From assembly GCF_001194135.2 (NCBI RefSeq), contig NC_068982.1, positions 19,243,626-19,294,779 of the forward strand: DNA of 51,154 nt. Reading direction: 5' to 3'. The notes under the pieces are model-generated. The model searched no databases and was not told the DNA's origin. It was given only the letters and a program-made list of their open reading frames with translations. Numbering within the stretch: position 1 is the stretch's first letter; each line of letters opens with the position of its first letter. The translations under genes and the position numbers were made by a program. The DNA comes from Octopus bimaculoides (lineage: Eukaryota). Shown in pieces: positions 37,283 through 49,185 of this stretch.

Positions 37283-37922
37283 TAGAGGACTCTCCTGTCG
37301 TAAACAACAGATGAGATCTCCTCAACTTGGTACCGTAGATCTTGAGCTGAGAAACGGTTAGTATGTTTGACGCTTTTTATGATGCTGACTAGCTATTTTG
37401 AATAGGCTCATATTTTCTCCTGTGGAAGTGAGTCTTGCGTTGCCGCCTACTACAAATCCATAATCATCACAAAGGAAATCATTTGAATCAGGATCTTGCT
37501 GATGCCTCTGATTAAGATTCGCAGGAAGTTGATCGCGATGTTTCTACCCACTTAATTCAAACCGTTTTAAACTCCTGAAACACTTTCTTCTCCGTTCGTT
37601 TCGATTTTCAGTAAAGTCTTACCAAGAGTCATGTCCAACATTACAACACTTGAATTATCCTTAAAATTATCCTCGTAACATGAGACTTCCAGGATGCTTG
37701 CCGTTCCAAAGCTAATCATTGAACAGCTGTTTCGGGAGCCTATCAGCTTTCATCTGAACCAAGTTCCCTGCCCGTCTTAGCTGTATCTTCATTAACGAAA
37801 ACTTCGATATCAGCAAGGCTGAGTTGTTGCAATATTTCACTATTTCTAACTTATCTTGCAATTTAATACTATAAATTCTGCGCAAGCATCGCATATGGAA
37901 TGAGTGGAATTGGTTCATATGC
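37283..37922 (-). mobile_element. 5'-truncated RTE-clade LINE (C-terminus + 3' end), pseudogenised
   Basis: The minus strand translates as FHSFHMRCLRRIYSIKLQDK / NSEIL / QLRRAGNLVQMKADRLPKQLFND*LWNGKHPG. This matches the RTE pattern FH.RCLR.I..I.WQD...N.E.L....QLRW.GH..RM...RLPKQ...G.L..GKR. A (CATA)n-like tail follows. Confidence 0.8.
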
Positions 37923-39064
37923 TTGAATACTCTAAATATAAGTGTGTGTATGCGTCTGAGTTAGTGTGTGCATGTGGTGGGGTGATTGTCTGTGTGTATG
38001 CTTGTGAATGAGTATGTTTTGTGTATGTGCGTGTAAAATATGATACATGCTGAGATGTAAAGAGGCTGAATCTAAGTGCATGTTTTAACGTGCGGATGTG
38101 TGCACGCTTGCATGTCTCTTCGAGACCGTTTGTTTAACCATGAAATTTTATTTTTGCTATATTCATGCTGATAAGATTTGGCACTTTTGAAACCGCAGGA
38201 AATAAGAAATTAATGTAGTGTACATATATGTTTAATTGTAAGCAGGGACGTGTGTACGTATATCTGACAACTCATTCATTAAAAATATACAGCTTGGAGG
38301 TATATCATAAGTGATAATTAACAGTGAAGTGAATTAAGTTTGGCGCTTTCGCTCTACATAAAACTTACATCATAAATAAAAAGCATACATGATAAAAATA
38401 TATAAGTTTCATCTTTAATAATCTCATTTGTGCATCATATATTCTTTTCTGTTAGATCCTTATTGTCATGAAAGGGTATACGTTCCGAATTCTCACTCAT
38501 TTTCCTTTGTAAATAAGTGGTTTTAAGGCAGTAAATAAAAAGTAAACGTAAAATGAAAATCGGTGTGTGCAGCTATAATTTTGTACAATCAGAGGCATTC
38601 AGAAGATTTCAAATAAGAGCCAACCTCAGGAAATGTCAGTCAAACAAATCTATAAAAAATGTTAAATACATACGTGAATAATATTCGATCAAGTACAATG
38701 TGATTAGTGAAGTAAAAAAAAAAAAAAAAAGGAGCCAAAACTGAAGATAAAGAAACTGGAAGCTTATCCATTTTTAGAGTTCTTTTAGTAAATTGATAAT
38801 GGAGATAACACACATAAGTGAATGCGAGAGTGGATAGGTGTCTATGTACAATAGCTAGGGCAGCCATTTCAAATTGTGTGTGTTTGGCAATTATTTCTAT
38901 TCATATTTGCATTAGGGTGTTTCAATTTAAGTAATGAAAGTAAAGCTTTCATTCAATATCTGTGTACTTATCTATCTATCTATCTATCTATGTAGCTAGC
39001 TATATGTCTGTCTGTTTCGCTCAGTGTGTATATATATACACAGAAGCACACGCAGGTATATACA

Positions 39065-39100
<36 letters not shown>

Positions 39101-39118
39101 TATCTATAGCTGTATCCA

Positions 39119-39205
39119 TGGGCAATTGTCTTCTACTATAGCTTCGGGTCGACCAAAGCCTTGTGAGTGGATTTGGTAGACGGAAACTGAAAGAAGCCCG
39201 TCGTA
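39119..39205 (+). mobile_element. SINE family A middle fragment, running into a microsatellite and gap
   Basis: TGGGCAATTGTCTTCTACTATAGCTTCGGGTCGACCAAAGCCTTGTGAGTGGATTTGGTAGACGGAAACTGAAAGAAGCCCGTCGTAT. Confidence 0.85.
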
Positions 39206-39251
39206 TATATTTGTATACATACATACATACATACATAAATACATATATATA

Positions 39252-40184
39252 NNNNNNNNNNNNNNNNNNNNNNNNNNNNNNNNNNNNNNNNNNNNNNNNN
39301 NNNNNNNNNNNNNNNNNNNNNNNNNNNNNNNNNNNNNNNNNNNNNNNNNNNNNNNNNNNNNNNNNNNNNNNNNNNNNNNNNNNNNNNNNNNNNNNNNNNN
39401 NNNNNNNNNNNNNNNNNNNNNNNNNNNNNNNNNNNNNNNNNNNNNNNNNNNNNNNNNNNNNNNNNNNNNNNNNNNNNNNNNNNNNNNNNNNNNNNNNNNN
39501 NNNNNNNNNNNNNNNNNNNNNNNNNNNNNNNNNNNNNNNNNNNNNNNNNNNNNNNNNNNNNNNNNNNNNNNNNNNNNNNNNNNNNNNNNNNNNNNNNNNN
39601 NNNNNNNNNNNNNNNNNNNNNNNNNNNNNNNNNNNNNNNNNNNNNNNNNNNNNNNNNNNNNNNNNNNNNNNNNNNNNNNNNNNNNNNNNNNNNNNNNNNN
39701 NNNNNNNNNNNNNNNNNNNNNNNNNNNNNNNNNNNNNNNNNNNNNNNNNNNNNNNNNNNNNNNNNNNNNNNNNNNNNNNNNNNNNNNNNNNNNNNNNNNN
39801 NNNNNNNNNNNNNNNNNNNNNNNNNNNNNNNNNNNNNNNNNNNNNNNNNNNNNNNNNNNNNNNNNNNNNNNNNNNNNNNNNNNNNNNNNNNNNNNNNNNN
39901 NNNNNNNNNNNNNNNNNNNNNNNNNNNNNNNNNNNNNNNNNNNNNNNNNNNNNNNNNNNNNNNNNNNNNNNNNNNNNNNNNNNNNNNNNNNNNNNNNNNN
40001 NNNNNNNNNNNNNNNNNNNNNNNNNNNNNNNNNNNNNNNNNNNNNNNNNNNNNNNNNNNNNNNNNNNNNNNNNNNNNNNNNNNNNNNNNNNNNNNNNNNN
40101 NNNNNNNNNNNNNNNNNNNNNNNNNNNNNNNNNNNNNNNNNNNNNNNNNNNNNNNNNNNNNNNNNNNNNNNNNNNNNNNNNNNN
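39252..40184. other. Largest assembly gap (933 N)
   Basis: Other gaps: 8125-8306, 15266-15275, 19140-19149, 28354-28453, 28983-29105, 31591-31654, 32595-33043, 40720-40819, 46189-46328, 47549-47735. Most abut microsatellites. Confidence 0.98.
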
Positions 40185-40250
<66 letters not shown>

Positions 40251-42219
40251 AAATTTAGAAGCCTACATATTTTAAATATATTTCAATATTAATAATCTTT
40301 ATTTTTTCTCCGTTTTAACTTCTATCCCTCTCGAAACCTTTGAATTTCTTACCATCTTGATGCTCCATTTTCTCTTTCCTCCCTTTCTTCTACTCTTTAT
40401 TTCTTATTGTTTCCTTTCGCTTCAACGTTTCTGCGGTTATTGGCTGCTTGATTCATATTTTTTTTTTTACCACTGAATTCCAACACACGTGTTGGCGTTA
40501 AATTCCTACAGTGCTACATGCATAAATAAAATTTATACACACATTCATAAATGCAAAGATTCATCTGTTTTATGTACATACGTACGTTCAGTTGTTAGCT
40601 ATGATCCAATGTATTTGTGTATATTTTTATGTAAATATATCGTTGTATCTGAAAGATTCTTATTTTAAACCGAATGAAGACATTATGATGGTTTACATTA
40701 TACAAATATATATATGTATNNNNNNNNNNNNNNNNNNNNNNNNNNNNNNNNNNNNNNNNNNNNNNNNNNNNNNNNNNNNNNNNNNNNNNNNNNNNNNNNN
40801 NNNNNNNNNNNNNNNNNNNTATATACGTATATATCTCCAAGTGTGTGCGTGCGTGCGTGCGTGCGTGCGTGCGTGTATGTATGCATGCGTGTGTACATTC
40901 TTCGCATTTAGCTTCGCACATACATGAATAAAAAAAATATTCTCATCTGGCCGGTCTGCTAATATTCCTAAAGTTTGCAGTCTGTTTCTTTGAATAAGTG
41001 AACTAGATACAGTGTTCTGACTAACACACACATCACACAAACACACACACACACACACACACGTGTGTGCACACACATACAGACACAGACACACTCACAC
41101 ACACACAAGCCACACACCCTTACACATATACAATTACGATTAGATACAATTTTCTGACTAACACACGAACCGTGCAAACACACACATACAATTACGATTT
41201 AACCTTCAAGTGCCTCAAGGCGGTAGAGGAGGAACATGTGTGTAAATAACCTTGATTACATTTCGTAATAAATAAAATATATTCAAAATGAAATAAAACA
41301 TGGGACATACAAATGAATAAGATAAAAAGAAAACGATAGAAAGACACGTATTTAATGTTAAAGCTATAACTGTTGTTACTGACGATGTTTTGGGAGGCCT
41401 TCTTTTATTACTCGCCTCCTGATTATTTTCTGCTTTCAATTTGTGGATATGAGTAGCCGGGTACAGTTTGTTGGTGATGTCGCTACTTATAGACTTGATA
41501 GTGGAACCGTAGCTATAAAATACCAGCTTTACTCTCATCCTGTCTAATTATAATGTCAGTCAGTAGTGATACTATTTTTGTTGTTGATAAATAACCTTGC
41601 CTTTAGTAATTTCGACATACTACTACTTCGAGACGATTTACGCTTTAGTATTTTTGTATCGCGTTCATACAGCATGCAAAAGGTTGACGATAATATTCTA
41701 CCCTGAAGCTACGTATATTTGCATTTATACACAGTGCCGTCTGAAGGCATTAACACACTGGGAAGCTGCCTTGCGGGCCACATATACTTCTAGAGGTTCA
41801 TATACTGTGGGCTGCAGGAAATAAATACTATAGAACTCAGTGCATTAATTTGCCTCGGGAACCCTAAAATGGTACTAAAACTGCACTGGTTATATATAAG
41901 GACCGGTGATAAGGTGTAGAGTATGCCAGAGTCGATGGAACATCGGACGAAAAACATCGTGAACTGTAATTCCGTGTTCTATCCTTCTTATTTCAGATCG
42001 AACAAAGGGTTCGTTAGACGTAGTACCAATTTAGGGCAGTGGTTTTGCTGATTTGTTACAATGTCTGATTGTAATGCTTGAGCTACCTGTCATGAGTTTC
42101 TGCGGTCTGAGCTCAAATAACTACGTGACCTAGTTTAGGTAAGACTTAATCCGCCGTTCGCTGAACAACGACAGTTAGTTCTTGCTTGGCATTTAGTGTT
42201 TGGAATATATCTTCAATTT

Positions 42220-42434
42220 AAAGGTGGCGAGCTGGCAGAAACGCTAGCACGCCGGGCGAAATGCTTAGCGGTATTTCGCCTGTCTTTACGTTCTGAATCG
42301 AAATTCCTCCGTGGTCTACGTTGCCTTTCATCCTTTCGAGGTTGATAAATTAAGTAACAGTTGCGTACTGAGGTCAATCCAATCGACTGGCCTCCTCCCC
42401 TCTAAATTTTGGGCCTTGTGCCTAGAGTAGAAAA
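42220..42434 (+). mobile_element. Full-length SINE family B with 17-bp TSD
   Basis: GGTGGCGAGCTGGCAGAAACGCTAGCACGCCGGGCGAAATGCTTAGCGG... Flanks GAATATATCTTCAATTT (42203-42219) and GAATATGTCTTCAATTT (42435-42451) differ at 1 position. Confidence 0.92.
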
Positions 42435-42549
42435 GAATATGTCTTCAATTTGAGCATAACTTCCTCCGTTCAACTGACTCCGGAGGGTCTGTAAAATCTA
42501 CTGGGTTCTGCCTTCCAACCAGACTTAGTGAAAATTGACCCACCTGGTC

Positions 42550-42717
42550 ATATAGTATGTATGTGAGTGTATAAATATATATCTACACACATGAATATTA
42601 TGTATGTATGTATGTATGCATATATGCGTATGTTTACATGTGCCTATGTATATATATATGTTTATAAGTGTGTATGTCTGTGTATATGTGTGTATATGTA
42701 TACGCGCGCGCGTGTGC

Positions 42718-42765
<48 letters not shown>
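42550..42765. repeat. Degenerate TA/TG tract ending in pure (TA)n
   Basis: Direct reading. Confidence 0.9.
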
Positions 42766-42769
<4 letters not shown>

Positions 42770-43027
42770 AATGTAACTAAAGAATGAACTGCAATATAAC
42801 ATACACTCGCATACGCACCTTTATAACTCTGCTAAATGAATGCAAGTGTAATTGTATTAGTAGTATAAAGCGTGTTTGAAATGTCTAAATACAATCGCGT
42901 TGGATAATTCTATTTTCGTGTAAAGCAGCCAGTTGGAAGATGTGTGCTCTCCAGGGTGAATAATTCATATAACTGTTGGCCATTTTCGAAAGTAAACAAC
43001 CCATTATTAATATTATTATAAACACGA

Positions 43028-43410
43028 AGGCGCCTGGCTAACAGAATCATTACTATATCGGACAAAATGCAGAGCTACGTTTGTTCCGTTTAGATTCTGA
43101 GTTCAAAATTCCGCCGAGATCAACTTTGCCTTTCATCGATTCGGGGTGGGGGAATAATAAATCTGCCAGTTGATCACTGGAGTAAATGTAATCAGTTTCT
43201 CATGCCGAAATTGCTGGCCTCGTGCCAAAAATTTGAAACCAGATTAAGGCACCTGGCTAGCAGAATCATTTGTATTGGACAAAATGCATAGCAGCATCTC
43301 TTTGAATCCTTTACATTCTGATTTCAAATTCCAGTGAGGTCGACTATAATTTTCACAATCTTAGTGTCGTTAGAATAAGTGCGAATGAAATACTTGGGTC
43401 GATATAATTT
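43028..43410 (+). mobile_element. Two tandem SINE family B copies (43028-43245, 43246-43410)
   Basis: Both begin AGGC(G/A)CCTGGCTA(A/G)CAGAATCATTT...GGACAAAATGCA and contain TTCTGA(G/T)TTCAAA. Confidence 0.8.
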
Positions 43411-44027
43411 CAGGTCTAATGTCTACAGGATAGAGAATATTGTTACAAACCTTGGAATGGTTGATGGCCATCGTATTTAACGGAGCGCCTTTCATCCATC
43501 TGGGCTTTATGAAATTCTATAAATCAAATAGTGGGATAGTATATTTGTTTCTGATTCTTATTTGCATAATCTGTGACCTTGTACCCAGTTTAGAAATCTC
43601 TATTGTTACGGACGTTCGATGTTGGAAGAATGGGAGCGATGGTTAAATCAAAGTACTTTTACGTTCTTTCTATGTGTGGAGTTAATATAATTTGGTTCTC
43701 GATTTTCCCATTCAAACATTTAGAATAAATGAGATAAAATGCCGGTCTAGTACAGGGGGTCGACTATATTACAAGTTCGAAATGTATGGCAGTACGACTA
43801 TGATAATTTTCATTATTACGTTTATTTTTCTCTTTCATGTTCATATATGTGTTTGCCTATGAATGAATGTATGTATTTAGTGTTTCTGCGTGTAATGTTT
43901 GCTATTTATATCTTTTAGTAGACTTCTACTGACTGTTATTACTTGTAATTCCTATCCTAACTGCTTCAGTATGAAATCAACTTGTCTCCCCCCCCCCACC
44001 CACTCCAACATTTCGTACGTCCCTTGG

Positions 44028-44028
<1 letters not shown>

Positions 44029-44105
<77 letters not shown>
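44029..44105. repeat. (TAC)n microsatellite
   Basis: Direct reading. It explains the poly-Tyr ORF. Confidence 0.95.
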
Positions 44106-44372
44106 AGCTGCTGCTACAACTAATAACAATACTTAGATATCAGTGAACGTTCTAATGGTAGTTAGTTATTAGAAAATGTGTAATGAACAAATGAAGAAAA
44201 AAAAAACTCTAAAGCGGAAAATGCAACTGGTATTGTTTAAACACATATTTCCTATTAAGTGACTGAATAATTTTTAATAGTAAATTTCGGCAAAAGGTTT
44301 GCAACGTTTGTCAGCCCTACAAATAAATCCCTGTCTGATATAGAGTATTTGTAATATTATCATGTTAAAAAA

Positions 44373-44775
44373 GTCAGTAAGCTTGCGAAATCGTTAGTAA
44401 GCCAGATAAAATGCTTAGCGGCATTTACTCCATCCTTTCGTTCTGAGTTCTAATTCTGCCTAGGTTCACTTAGCCTGTCGTCCTTCCGGGGTCGTTCAAA
44501 TAAGCCTCAGTTGAGGACTGGGATCCATGTAATCGACTTAAGCCTGAAACTGCTGGCCTTGTGCCAACATTTGGAATCGATGTTATTACACTAGAAAATG
44601 CTTAGCGGTATATCGTCCGTCCTCGTATTCTGAGGTCAAACTGCGCCGAGGTTGACTTTGCCCTTCAATCTTCCGGATTAGATAAAATACGTACCAGTTG
44701 AGGATTGGGATCAATGTAATCGACTTATCCCTCCCACTAAATTGCTGGCCTTGTGCCATAAGTTGAAAGAAATAT
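44373..44775 (+). mobile_element. Two tandem SINE family B copies (44373-44580, 44594-44775)
   Basis: Each has AAATGCTTAGCGG...TTCTGAG...CAGTTGAGGA(C/T)TGGGATC...TGTAATCGACTTA...TGCTGGCCTTGTGCCA. Confidence 0.85.
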
Positions 44776-44789
44776 TCCTACATTAGAAA

Positions 44790-45213
44790 AAGCACTGAGG
44801 TGGCAGAATGGTCAGTGTTCCGAAACAAATGCTTAGTGGCATTTCGTTCATCTTTACTTTCTGATTTCTTTATTGCCCACAAGGGGTTAAACATAGAGGG
44901 GACAAACAAGGACAGACAAAGGGATTAAGTCGATTACATCGACCCCAGTGCGTAACTGGTACTTAATTTATCGACCTCGAAAGGATGAAAGGCAAAGTCG
45001 ACCTCGGCGTAATTTGAACTCAGAACGTAACGGTAGACGAAATACTGCTACGCATTTCGCCCGGCGTGCTAACGTTTCTGCCAGCTCACCGCCTTTACTT
45101 TCTGTGTTCAAATTCCGCCGAGGACAACTATGCCGTTCATCCTTTCGAGGTTGTTAAAATAAGCACTAGTAATCGAAATTGCTGGCCTGGTGCAAAAATT
45201 TAAAACCAATATT
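44790..45213 (+). mobile_element. SINE family B host copy split by a nested insertion (5' half 44790-44863, 3' half 45094-45213)
   Basis: Head TGGCAGAATGGTCAG...AAATGCTTAGTGGCATTTCG lies before the insert. GTTCAAATTCCGCCGAGG...TGCTGGCCTGGTGCAAAAATTTAAAACC lies after it. Confidence 0.8.
44864..45093 (-). mobile_element. Well-preserved SINE family B variant nested in another B copy
   Basis: Full head to tail on the minus strand. Flanking duplication CTTTACTTTCTG at 44852-44863 and 45093-45104. Confidence 0.92.
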
Positions 45214-45914
45214 ACTAAAGTGGAAAACTTCCTGCTTATATCGTGTCAACATCTGTTCATCTTGGCAGAACGTCGATCATTAAAATTGTGTAAATCTTAA
45301 TAGATCATGCGTTAATTAGCCGCAGTACAGCGTTCGTTGAGCGTACCAAGAAACAAAAGATTTCTATGGTGGCCATCCAGGTTTTTCATTCACAGTTTAG
45401 CTCGGCCGATATTGTTCAGCAAGGCTTTCATTTTATAAATGAATATGGAGAGATTTAACAGCTATTTCCAGAAGAAAGTGACCCATTGTGTAAGTGGGAG
45501 ATCATACCTGTTCAAATTAATCCCTGTGGTGGAAGAAGCGGAAATTGAATTCTATACGGCTGAAATTTATTACATTGACAAGTAACGTATATTTCTGATT
45601 AGCGTAGTCAAATACATTACGTAATTAACGCTCTTTTGAAAGACATGATCGTACCAGATCCCAGTTCCATATTCTAATGTTGTTAATACCCATGTGGGCC
45701 GTAATCAAGTACATCTATGATCAAACGTATTTCTACCCTAAACATAATCTTTATAGCTATAATCATGTATTAGGTGTGGCCTGCTATTAATATCAGTTTG
45801 AGCGGCCATGTCGGTATTTTTTGTTAGCTCGTATATTAATGCCCTGAAAAAAAATATGTGTGCGTGTGTGGTAGGTGGGTGTATATATATATGTATATAT
45901 GTATATGTATGTAT

Positions 45915-46147
45915 ATATAAACACATATTTTCAAAATGTGACGACATGCGGGTTGCTGGCGATTTTTCCCTCCGTCTTCCTTTTCTCTTGGAGTTTGCTC
46001 CGTCTCCTGTTTCTGATGAAAAGCTTTGCGTGAAACGTAAAACGATCTTTCTTTCCCTCCCTGAGCGTCTGCTAATACTTTGCATGTACCACGTCCTCGC
46101 GTTGTTGTTTTTTGTTATTGTCCTTATCCTTCGCTTTTTGGATTCCC
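45915..46147 (+). mobile_element. Penelope-like terminal-repeat fragment
   Basis: Contains a minimal hammerhead at 46009-46043 followed by a pyrimidine-rich tail, and sits between TA/TG microsatellites. The assignment is inferred from the hammerhead type. Confidence 0.55.
46009..46043 (+). ncRNA. Minimal type I hammerhead ribozyme motif (GUA site)
   Basis: GTTT-CTGATGA-a-AAGC(ttt)GCGT-GAAAC-GTA-AAAC. Stem I is 4 bp, stem II has 3 of 4 pairs, and stem III is palindromic ACGT. Confidence 0.65.
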
Positions 46148-46349
46148 TATATATGTATATATGTATGTGTATATATATATACATATATNNNNNNNNNNNN
46201 NNNNNNNNNNNNNNNNNNNNNNNNNNNNNNNNNNNNNNNNNNNNNNNNNNNNNNNNNNNNNNNNNNNNNNNNNNNNNNNNNNNNNNNNNNNNNNNNNNNN
46301 NNNNNNNNNNNNNNNNNNNNNNNNNNNNGTGTGTATGCATGTATAAATG

Positions 46350-46477
46350 TATATATGTAAGTATATATATATGAGTATATGTATATATATATATATGTAT
46401 GTAAGTATATATATATATATAGATATACTTATATAGGTATCTGTATGTATATACATGTGTGTGTGTATGTGTGTGTG

Positions 46478-46518
<41 letters not shown>
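46350..46518. repeat. TA/TG compound microsatellite
   Basis: Direct reading. Confidence 0.9.
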
Positions 46519-46519
<1 letters not shown>

Positions 46520-47146
46520 AAAGAGGATGGTTTCCTTTTTGTGGTTCTGGATATAATTCCCTCTGTATTAAGCCAACAGCTGAGACAATGAAGGCTTATC
46601 AAGGCGAAGGTTCTAACTCATAGAAAAGGCTTGCAAACAGCTAGCAAATCACAATCGAACGAAGAACAAAGGAAGAACACGTTAACTACTTTATTTCTGT
46701 ATATACCAAACAGCTGAAGCAATTTCCTTTATCGGTATCCCCAATAAAGTATGACGTGGAGCTGAATAATAAGAGTAAGAACCGAGACAACAGCAGTGGT
46801 ACTCATGCGTATACTAGATTTTGGTTTACACGAATAAATACTTTATACTACTATTAGTGGGTAGTTTCTTAGGGCTCGCGATGTGTTAGAAACATGACAA
46901 GATTTCGAATCGCCTTTAAAAACGTTTCTTCTTAATTTCGGTTTTGTCTTAAAATATATTACAAGAATATAGCTTTATTCCAATATTAATCGTTAATATT
47001 ATCGTTTTCCTCTATGATTTTCTTATTTTTGTTTTTTATCGCTGAAATACTTAGTCTTTCAATCCACAGTTATTTCATATTGCTTGTTTTTAAATGATAA
47101 AAGAACGAGATTCCTATACACATGCGCATTAACGTACTGACATATA

Positions 47147-48284
47147 CAGGGGTTAGACAAAATATTGGAAACACCTAGCATGATAGCATCATAATTTTGA
47201 AATATCTATAAGAACATCAAAAGCTTGTTTATTTTTATGCTTTTTGATTTATTATTAGTGTTGCTTAATATGTTTTGCTAAAATTGCTGTTTCTTTTCAG
47301 ATATCATCAGAAAAAGGTAATTAAAATTCATTAAAATGACAGATCTATCGGACTTTCAAAGAGGTCAAATTCTTGGTGCTCGTATGGCAGGCGGTGGCGT
47401 AATGAAAACAGCTGAAATGTTTGGTATATCAAGAAGTACTGTCTGAAATGTAATGACAGCCTTTGACGAAGAGGGAAAACCCTCCTCTTCGAAACAAAAC
47501 TCCGGAAATAAACCAAAACTTTAATATAGGGACCGCTGGAATCTTACGNNNNNNNNNNNNNNNNNNNNNNNNNNNNNNNNNNNNNNNNNNNNNNNNNNNN
47601 NNNNNNNNNNNNNNNNNNNNNNNNNNNNNNNNNNNNNNNNNNNNNNNNNNNNNNNNNNNNNNNNNNNNNNNNNNNNNNNNNNNNNNNNNNNNNNNNNNNN
47701 NNNNNNNNNNNNNNNNNNNNNNNNNNNNNNNNNNNCCTACAGAACAGCGGATGAATATAATTTTCTCGGACGAGTTATCCTTTACCTTATTTCCGACCAC
47801 CGGCCGAGTATACATGTGGAGACAGCCAAAAGAAGCATTTGACCCAGACTGCTTTCTTCCAACTGTTAAACATGGAGAAGGATCTGTCATGATCTGGGGC
47901 GGGGGGGTATATCTTGGAAATCCGCTGACCCAATGGTTTCCCTTCATCACAGAATTAATAGTCAAGACTATTTAAGCATGTTTATCTGATAAAATTCATC
48001 TTCTGGTCACCACGGTCCACAGATCTCAATATTATTGAACATTTATGGTGCATTTTAGAAAAGCAAGTAAGGAGTTGATATCCTGCACTGTCATCACTAC
48101 AAGAACTGGAGACTGTTTTAGCAGAAGAATGGACAAAAATCCATTTGGAAAAACATTCAAACTTTGTACGAGTCCATAGCTCATAGAATTCGAGCTGTAA
48201 TTACTGTCACAGGCGGTCCTAACTCCTATTAAAATAAATATGTTTGAAATTTTAAGGTGTTTCCATTAATTTGTCCAACCCCTG
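47147..48284 (+). mobile_element. Tc1-like (Tc1/mariner superfamily) DNA transposon with both TIRs
   Basis: 30-bp TIRs CAGGGGTTAGACAAAATATTGGAAACACCT (47147-47176) and 48255-48284, matching at 27/30. TA target duplication at 47145-47146 and 48285-48286. Confidence 0.93.
47336..48230 (+). pseudogene. Disrupted Tc1-family transposase
   Basis: MTDLSDFQRGQILGARMAG...AEMFGISRSTV* (HTH; stops at 47444 and 47522), then a gap, IIFSDELSF...GRVYMWRQP...TVKHGEGSVMIWG (first catalytic D), and FWSPRSTDLNIIEHLW (the SPDLNPIE.LW motif). The middle (QDNA) block appears deleted. Confidence 0.9.
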
Positions 48285-49134
48285 TACACATATATACGTG
48301 TGTCTTTGTGTGTGCATATGTTTGCATGTGGTGCGCGCGCGCGTCTCTGTGTGTGTCTGCCTGCGTGCGCGTGCGCTCGTATGTACATACGTGCATTACC
48401 CTGTATGGAAGATGATGGAAAATGAGGCGTGTGCATCGAGATGAAATGCAGCAACAACGTTGGGCTTTGAACTTTTAATGTAAGTGAAAAAGCATCATTT
48501 TAAAGAGGGATTGATGTCTGTAGTGTGCTAGTTTGAAACTTAATTAGGTGGCTTTGTATATATATCTACATATAGATTGCAGAATATTATGCGTGCATGC
48601 GCAAACACATACTTGCATGGTAGGTACATAAAACCTTACATGGTGTATGAACGATGTCATAACATAAAGTGTAATTGAAATAATCAAATAGAATCGATCG
48701 ATTCACGTATTTATATTTTTGTGTAAGGGGGCTAATGGATACTGCGAGGTAGGTAGAATGTGATGAGTGTGATGTCATACTATAATGAATCTTCTGAGAA
48801 TTTAATGCAATGCTTGGCGTTGCAATTAAACTGAGATATTTGTTTGGTACGTCTCCCATTGTCATATCTCTTCGCAACAGTTCGCTTTCTGTGTATGAAA
48901 TAAATCAATTATCAGCACGAAATTTCATTAATATCTGCTTTTCTCAGTGATATTATCCTTTGAAATTTGTTTTCAATCATTTCACGCATATTAAGCGAAA
49001 TAATTTTGCTACCAGTAGCATTACACAAATAACGAATTAAACATTATTTTATGAGACCCGTTTTTGAAATTCTGCTTAAGTGTTTACCTTCTAATTTAAA
49101 AGAAGTATTACACGTAACTATAACAAGGATTTGT

Positions 49135-49135
<1 letters not shown>

Positions 49136-49185
<50 letters not shown>

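Noticed and set aside
39104-40275. Longest ORFs in the track (382 and 370 aa)
   Set aside because: Almost entirely X from an N gap. The same holds for 32479-33129, 45738-46374 and 28324-29329.
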